Positions 55,801-64,000 of a stretch of 64,000 nucleotides of DNA are shown here, piece by piece. A program made the position numbers and the translations under genes. The DNA is from Auanema rhodensis (lineage: Eukaryota > Animalia > Nematoda), in contig CAXKVF010000077.1 of assembly GCA_964057225.1 (NCBI GenBank), positions 1-64,000 on the forward strand. Reading direction: 5' to 3'. Each line of letters opens with the position of its first letter. Positions within the stretch are counted from its first letter, which is position 1. The notes under the pieces are model-generated. The model worked only from the letters and a program-made list of their open reading frames with translations, was not told where the DNA came from and made no database searches.

Positions 55801-58800
55801 ATGGTTACCATGAAGCAATATCAATAAAAATTTGTTTTTAGACTAATATGGACATGGGGAATCTAATGTTGAAAACCGCATCTCTTTATCTTTCACGTGA
55901 AGCGAGTTACATACCAAGTGCACATCACGTGTACATTTAATTAGCATAAATTAAAGTTCACGTAAATTTCAAAGTCATGGTTACCATGCACCAATATCAA
56001 TAAAAATTTGTTTTTAGACTAATATGGACATGAGGAATCTAATTTTGAAAACCGCATCTCTTTATCTTTCACGTGAAGCGAGTTACATACCGAGTGCACA
56101 TCACGTGTACATTTAATTAGCATAAATTAAAGTTCACGTAAATTTCAAAGTCATGGTTACCATGCACCAATATCAATAAAAATTTGTTTTTGGACTAATA
56201 TGGACATGGGGAATCTAATTTTGAAAACCGCATCTCTTTATCTTTCACGTGAAGCGAGTTACATACCAAGTGCACATCACGTGTACATTTAATTAGCATA
56301 AATTAAAGTTCACGTAAATTTCAAAGTCATGGTTACCATGAACCAATATCAATAAAAATTTGTTTTTAGACTAATATGGACATGGGGAATCTAATTTTGA
56401 AAACCGCATCTCTTTATCTTTCACGTGAAGCGAGTTACATACCAAGTGCACATCACGTGTACATTTAATTAGCATAAATTAAAGTTCACGTAAATTTCAA
56501 AGTCATGGTTACCATGAAGCAATATCAATAAAAATTTGTTTTTAGACTAATATGGACATGGGGAATCTAATTTTGAAAACCGCATCTCTTTATCTTTCAC
56601 GTGAAGCGAGTTACATACCAAGTGCACATCACGTGTACATTTAATTAGCATAAATTAAAGTTCACGTAAATTTCAAAGTCATGGTTACCATGAACCAATA
56701 TCAATAAAAATTTGTTTTTAGACTAATATGGACATGGGGAATCTAATTTTGAAAACCGCATCTCTTTATCTTTCACGTGAAGCGAGTTACATACCAAGTG
56801 CACATCACGTGTACATTTAATTAGCATAAATTAAAGTTCACGTAAATTTCAAAGTCATGGTTACCATGAACCAATATCAATAAAAATTTGTTTTTAGACT
56901 AATATGGACATGAGGAATCTAATTTTGAAAACCGCATCTCTTCATCTTTCACGTGAAGCGAGTTACATACCAAGTGCACATCACGTGTACATTTAATTAG
57001 CATAAATTAAAGTTCACGTAAATTTCAAAGTCATGGTTACCATGAAGCAATATCAATAAAAATTTGTTTTTAGACTAATATGGACATGGGGAATCTAATT
57101 TTGAAAACCGCATCTCTTTATCTTTCACGTGAAGCGAGTTACATACCAAGTGCACATCACGTGTACATTTAATTAGCATAAATTAAAGTTCACGTAAATT
57201 TCAAAGTCATGGTTACCATGAACCAATATCAATAAAAATTTGTTTTTAGACTAATATGGACATGGGGAATCTAATTTTGAAAACCGCATCTCTTTATCTT
57301 TCACGTGAAGCGAGTTACATACCAAGTGCACATCACGTGTACATTTAATTAGCATAAATTAAAGTTCACGTAAATTTCAAAGTCATGGTTACCATGAAGC
57401 AATATCAATAAAAATTTGTTTTTAGACTAATATGGACATGTGGAATCTAATTTTGAAAACCGCATCTCTTTATCTTTCACGTGAAGCGAGTTACATACCA
57501 AGTGCACATCACGTGTACATTTAATTAGCATAAATTAAAGTTCACGTAAATTTCAAAGTCATGGTTACCATGAACCAATATCAATAAAAATTTGTTTTTA
57601 GACTAATATGGACATGGGGAATCTAATTTTGAAAACCGCATCTCTTTATCTTTCACGTGAAGCGAGTTACATACCAAGTGCACATCACGTGTACATTTAA
57701 TTAGCATAAATTAAAGTTCACGTAAATTTCAAAGTCATGGTTACCATGAACCAATATCAATAAAAATTTGTTTTTAGACTAATATGGACATGGGGAATCT
57801 AATTTTGAAAACCGCATCTCTTTATCTTTCACGTGAAGCGAGTTACACACCAAGTGCACATCACGTGTACATTTAATTAGCATAAATTAAAGTTCACGTA
57901 AATTTCAAAGTCATGGTTACCATGAAGCAATATCAATAAAAATTTGTTTTTAGACTAATATGGACATGGGGAATCTAATTTTGAAAACCGCATCTCTTTA
58001 TCTTTCACGTGAAGCGAGTTACATACCAAGTGCACATCACGTGTACATTTAATTAGCATAAATTAAAGTTCACGTAAATTTCAAAGTCATGGTTACCATG
58101 AACCAATATCAATAAAAATTTGTTTTTAGACTAATATGGACATGGGGAATCTAATTTTGAAAACCGCATCTCTTTATCTTTCACGTGAAGCGAGTTACAT
58201 ACCAAGTGCACATCACGTGTACATTTAATTAGCATAAATTAAAGTTCACGTAAATTTCAAAGTCATGGTTACCATGCACCAATATCAATAAAAATTTGTT
58301 TTTAGACTAATATGGACATGGGGAATCTAATTTTGAAAACCGCATCTCTTTATCTTTCACGTGAAGCGAGTTACATACCAAGTGCACATCACGTGTACAT
58401 TTAATTAGCATAAATTAAAGTTCACGTAAATTTCAAAGTCATGGTTACCATGCACCAATATCAATAAAAATTTGTTTTTAGACTAATATGGACATGGGGA
58501 ATCTAATTTTGAAAACCGCATCTCTTAATCTTTCACGTGAAGCGAGTTACATACCAAGTGCACATCACGTTTACATTTAATTAGCATAAATTAAAGTTCA
58601 CGTAAATTTCAAAGTCATGGTTACCATGAACCAATATCAATAAAAATTTGTTTTTAGACTAATATGGACATGGGGAATCTAATTTTGAAAACCGCATCTC
58701 TTTATCTTTCACGTGAAGCGAGTTACATATCAAGTGCACATCACGTGTACATTTAATTAGCATAAATTAAAGTTCACGTAAATTTAAAAGTCATGGTTAC

Positions 58801-61800
58801 CATGAAGCAATATCAATAAAAATTTGTTTTTAGACTAATATGGACATGGGGAATCTAATTTTGAAAACCGCATCTCTTTATCTTTCACGTGAAGCGAGTT
58901 ACATACCAAGTGCACATCACGTGTACATTTAATTAGCATAAATTAAAGTTCACGTAAATTTCAAAGTCATGGTTACCATGAACCAATATCAATAAAAATT
59001 TGTTTTTAGACTAATATGGACATGGGGAATCTAATTTTGAAAACCGCATCTCTTTATCTTTCACGTGAAGCGAGTTACATACCAAGTGCACATCACGTGT
59101 ACATTTAATTAGCATAAATTAAAGTTCACGTAAATTTCAAAGTCATGGTTACCATGAAGCAATATCAATAAAAATTTGTTTTTAGACTAATATGGACATG
59201 GGGAATCTAATTTTGAAAACCGCATCTCTTTATCTTTCACGTGAAGCGAGTTACATACCAAGTGCACATCACGTGTACATTTAATTAGCATAAATTAAAG
59301 TTCACGTAAATTTCAAAGTCATGGTTACCATGAAGCAATATCAATAAAAATTTGTTTTTAGACTAATATGGACATGTGGAATCTAATTTTGAAAACCGCA
59401 TCTCTTTATCTTTCACGTGAAGCGAGTTACATACCAAGTGCACATCACGTGTACATTTAATTAGCATAAATTAAAGTTCACGTAAATTTCAAAGTCATGG
59501 TTACCATGAACCAATATCAATAAAAATTTGTTTTTAGACTAATATGGACATGGGGAATCTAATTTTGAAAACCGCATCTCTTTATCTTTCACGTGAAGCG
59601 AGTTACATACCAAGTGCACATCACGTGTACATTTAATTAGCATAAATTAAAGTTCACGTAAATTTCAAAGTCATGGTTACCATGAACCAATATCAATAAA
59701 AATTTGTTTTTAGACTAATATGGACATGGGGAATCTAATTTTGAAAACCGCATCTCTTTATCTTTCACGTGAAGCGAGTTACACACCAAGTGCACATCAC
59801 GTGTACATTTAATTAGCATAAATTAAAGTTCACGTAAATTTCAAAGTCATGGTTACCATGAAGCAATATCAATAAAAATTTGTTTTTAGACTAATATGGA
59901 CATGGGGAATCTAATTTTGAAAACCGCATCTCTTTATCTTTCACGTGAAGCGAGTTACATACCAAGTGCACATCACGTGTACATTTAATTAGCATAAATT
60001 AAAGTTCACGTAAATTTCAAAGTCATGGTTACCATGAACCAATATCAATAAAAATTTGTTTTTAGACTAATATGGACATGGGGAATCTAATTTTGAAAAC
60101 CGCATCTCTTTATCTTTCACGTGAAGCGAGTTACATACCAAGTGCACATCACGTGTACATTTAATTAGCATAAATTAAAGTTCACGTAAATTTCAAAGTC
60201 ATGGTTACCATGCACCAATATCAATAAAAATTTGTTTTTAGACTAATATGGACATGGGGAATCTAATTTTGAAAACCGCATCTCTTTATCTTTCACGTGA
60301 AGCGAGTTACATACCAAGTGCACATCACGTGTACATTTAATTAGCATAAATTAAAGTTCACGTAAATTTCAAAGTCATGGTTACCATGCACCAATATCAA
60401 TAAAAATTTGTTTTTAGACTAATATGGACATGGGGAATCTAATTTTGAAAACCGCATCTCTTAATCTTTCACGTGAAGCGAGTTACATACCAAGTGCACA
60501 TCACGTTTACATTTAATTAGCATAAATTAAAGTTCACGTAAATTTCAAAGTCATGGTTACCATGAACCAATATCAATAAAAATTTGTTTTTAGACTAATA
60601 TGGACATGGGGAATCTAATTTTGAAAACCGCATCTCTTTATCTTTCACGTGAAGCGAGTTACATATCAAGTGCACATCACGTGTACATTTAATTAGCATA
60701 AATTAAAGTTCACGTAAATTTAAAAGTCATGGTTACCATGAAGCAATATCAATAAAAATTTGTTTTTAGACTAATATGGACATGGGGAATCTAATTTTGA
60801 AAACCGCATCTCTTTATCTTTCACGTGAAGCGAGTTACATACCAAGTGCACATCACGTGTACATTTAATTAGCATAAATTAAAGTTCACGTAAATTTCAA
60901 AGTCATGGTTACCATGAACCAATATCAATAAAAATTTGTTTTTAGACTAATATGGACATGGGGAATCTAATTTTGAAAACCGCATCTCTTTATCTTTCAC
61001 GTGAAGCGAGTTACATACCAAGTGCACATCACGTGTACATTTAATTAGCATAAATTAAAGTTCACGTAAATTTCAAAGTCATGGTTACCATGAAGCAATA
61101 TCAATAAAAATTTGTTTTTAGACTAATATGGACATGGGGAATCTAATTTTGAAAACCGCATCTCTTTATCTTTCACGTGAAGCGAGTTACATACCAAGTG
61201 CACATCACGTGTACATTTAATTAGCATAAATTAAAGTTCACGTAAATTTCAAAGTCATGGTTACCATGAAGCAATATCAATAAAAATTTGTTTTTAGACT
61301 AATATGGACATGTGGAATCTAATTTTGAAAACCGCATCTCTTTATCTTTCACGTGAAGCGAGTTACATACCAAGTGCACATCACGTGTACATTTAATTAG
61401 CATAAATTAAAGTTCACGTAAATTTCAAAGTCATGGTTACCATGAACCAATATCAATAAAAATTTGTTTTTAGACTAATATGGACATGGGGAATCTAATT
61501 TTGAAAACCGCATCTCTTTATCTTTCACGTGAAGCGAGTTACATACCAAGTGCACATCACGTGTACATTTAATTAGCATAAATTAAAGTTCACGTAAATT
61601 TCAAAGTCATGGTTACCATGAACCAATATCAATAAAAATTTGTTTTTAGACTAATATGGACATGGGGAATCTAATTTTGAAAACCGCATCTCTTTATCTT
61701 TCACGTGAAGCGAGTTACATACCAAGTGCACATCACGTGTACATTTAATTAGCATAAATTAAAGTTCACGTAAATTTCAAAGTCATGGTTACCATGAACC

Positions 61801-64000
61801 AATATCAATTAAAATTTGTTTTTAGACTAATATGGACATGGGGAATCTAATTTTGAAAACCGCATCTCTTCATCTTTCACGTGAAGCGAGTTACATACCA
61901 AGTGCACATCACGTGTACATTTAATTAGCATAAATTAAAGTTCACGTAAATTTCAAAGTCATGGTTACCATGAACCAATATCAATAAAAATTTGTTTTTA
62001 GACTAATATGGACATGGGGAATCTAATTTTGAAAACCGCATCTCTTCATCTTTCACGTGAAGCGAGTTACATACCAAGTGCACATCACGTGTACATTTAA
62101 TTAGCATAAATTAAAGTTCACGTAAATTTCAAAGTCATGGTTACCATGAAGCAATATCAATAAAAATTTGTTTTTAGACTAATATGGACATGGGGAATCT
62201 AATTTTGAAAACCGCATCTCTTTATCTTTCACGTGAAGCGAGTTACATACCAAGTGCACATCACGTGTACATTTAATTAGCATAAATTAAAGTTCACGTA
62301 AATTTCAAAGTCATGGTTACCATGCACCAATATCAATAAAAATTCGTTTTTAGACTAATATGGACATGGGGAATCTAATTTTGAAAACCGCATCTCTTTA
62401 TCTTTCACGTGAAGCGAGTTACATACCAAGTGCACATCACGTGTACATTTAATTAGCATAAATTAAAGTTCACGTAAATTTCAAAGTCATGGTTACCATG
62501 AACCAATATCAATAAAAATTTGTTTTTAGACTAATATGGACATGGGGAATCTAATTTTGAAAACCGCATCTCTTTATCTTTCACGTGAAGCGAGTTACAT
62601 ACCAAGTGCACATCACGTGTACATTTAATTAGCATAAATTAAAGTTCACGTAAATTTCAAAGTCATGGTTACCATGAACCAATATCAATAAAAATTTGAT
62701 TTTAGACTAATATGGACATGGGGAATCTAATTTTGAAAACCGCATCTCTTTATCTTTCACGTGAAGCGAGTTACATACCAAGTGCACATCACGTGTACAT
62801 TTAATTAGCATAAATTAAAGTTCACGTAAATTTCAAAGTCATGGTTACCATGCACCAATATCAATAAAAATTTGTTTTTAGACTAATATGGACATGGGGA
62901 ATCTAATTTTGAAAACCGCATCTCTTAATCTTTCACGTGAAGCGAGTTACATACCAAGTGCACATCACGTCTAAATTTAATTAGCATAAATTAAAGTTCA
63001 CGAAAATTTCAAAGTCATGGTTACCATGAAGCAATATCAATAAAAATTTGTTTTTAGACTAATATGGACATGGGGAATCTAATTTTGAAAACCGCATCTC
63101 TTTATCTTTCACGTGAAGCGAGTTACATACCAAGTGCACATCACGTGTACATTTAATTAGCATAAATTAAAGTTCACGTAAATTTCAAAGTCATGGTTAC
63201 CATGAACCAATATCAATAAAAATTTGTTTTTAGACTAATATGGACAGGGGGAATCTATTTTTGAAAACCGCATCTCTTTATCTTTCACGTGAAGCGAGTT
63301 ACATACCAAGTGCACATCACGTGTACATTTAATTAGCATAAATTAAAGTTCACGTAAATTTCAAAGTCATGGTTACCATGCACCAATATCAATAAACATT
63401 TGTTTTTAGACTAATATGGACATGGGGAATCTAATTTTGAAAACCGCATCTCTTTTTCTTTCACGTGAAGCGAGTTACATACTAAGTGCACATGACGTGT
63501 ACATTTAATTAGCATAAATTAAAGTTCACGTAAATTTCAAAGTCATGGTTACCATGAACCAATATCAATAAAAATTTGTTTTTAGACTAATATGGACATG
63601 GGGAATCTAATTTTGAGAACCGCATCTCTTCATCTTTCACGTGAAGCGAGTTACATACCAAGTGCACATCACGTGTACATTTAATTAGCATAAATTAAAG
63701 TTCACGTAAATTTCAAAGTCATGGTTACCATGAACCAATATCAATAAAAATTTGTTTTTAGACTAATATGGACATGGGGAATCTAATTTTGAAAACCGCA
63801 TCTCTTTATCTTTCACGTGAAGCGAGTTACATACCAAGTGCACATCACGTGTACATTTAATTAGCATAAATTAAAGTTCACGTAAATTTCAAAGTCATGG
63901 TTACCATGAACCAATATCAATAAAAATTTGTTTTTAGACTAATATGGACATGGGGAATCTAATTTTGAAAACCGCATCTCTTTATCTTTCACGTGAAGCG
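52868..64000 (+). repeat. Forward-orientation block 3 (~63 monomers)
   Basis: Forward monomers in constant phase; lines 55561, 58201 and 60841 start identically to 52921. Confidence 0.97.
57337..61730 (+). repeat. 11-mer (1936 bp) HOR, ~2.3 copies
   Basis: ATGTGGAAT variant at 57441, 59377, 61313. TACACACC, TCTTAATC, CGTTTACA, CATATCAAG and TTTAAAAG also recur at +1936. Confidence 0.92.

Larger units (their letters stand above)
1..64000. repeat. 176-bp AT-rich satellite DNA array (~363 monomers), probably centromeric/pericentromeric; runs off both window ends
   Basis: GTGTACATTT recurs at 1, 177, 353...; the line layout repeats every 2640 bp (15x176). Consensus has 56/176 GC. Most monomers differ from consensus by 0-3 substitutions. 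Centromeric status is inferred only from monomer size and homogeneity. Confidence 0.98.

Noticed and set aside
1-64000. CRISPR array or other prokaryotic repeat-spacer system
   Set aside because: There are no unique spacers or cas genes; the whole 176-bp unit is repeated.

Overview
The whole 64-kb window is one satellite DNA array, most likely eukaryotic and centromeric or heterochromatic. It holds about 363 copies of a 176-bp, ~32% GC monomer (consensus GTGTACATTTAATTAGCATAAATTAAAGTTCACGTAAATTTCAAAGTCATGGTTACCATGAACCAATATCAATAAAAATTTGTTTTTAGACTAATATGGACATGGGGAATCTAATTTTGAAAACCGCATCTCTTTATCTTTCACGTGAAGCGAGTTACATACCAAGTGCACATCAC). There are no genes, and the 60-aa ORFs are artefacts of one SNP. 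Monomers differ only by substitutions, which record nested local duplications and higher-order repeats (3, 8, 10, 11, ~20 and 30-32 monomers). The main structural anomaly is two reverse-orientation blocks (44472-47431, 49556-52867) with identical junctions. The breakpoints are non-reciprocal, each block is flanked by a 12-bp direct repeat ending in TTTT (GAATCTAATTTT), and the first ~7 monomers mirror the forward haplotype at 53449-54680. This fits a copy-and-paste insertion of a reversed satellite tract at a staggered break (possibly TPRT-like or RNA-mediated), later duplicated in tandem as a ~5.1-5.4 kb unit. I could not identify the species or satellite family from the sequence alone.
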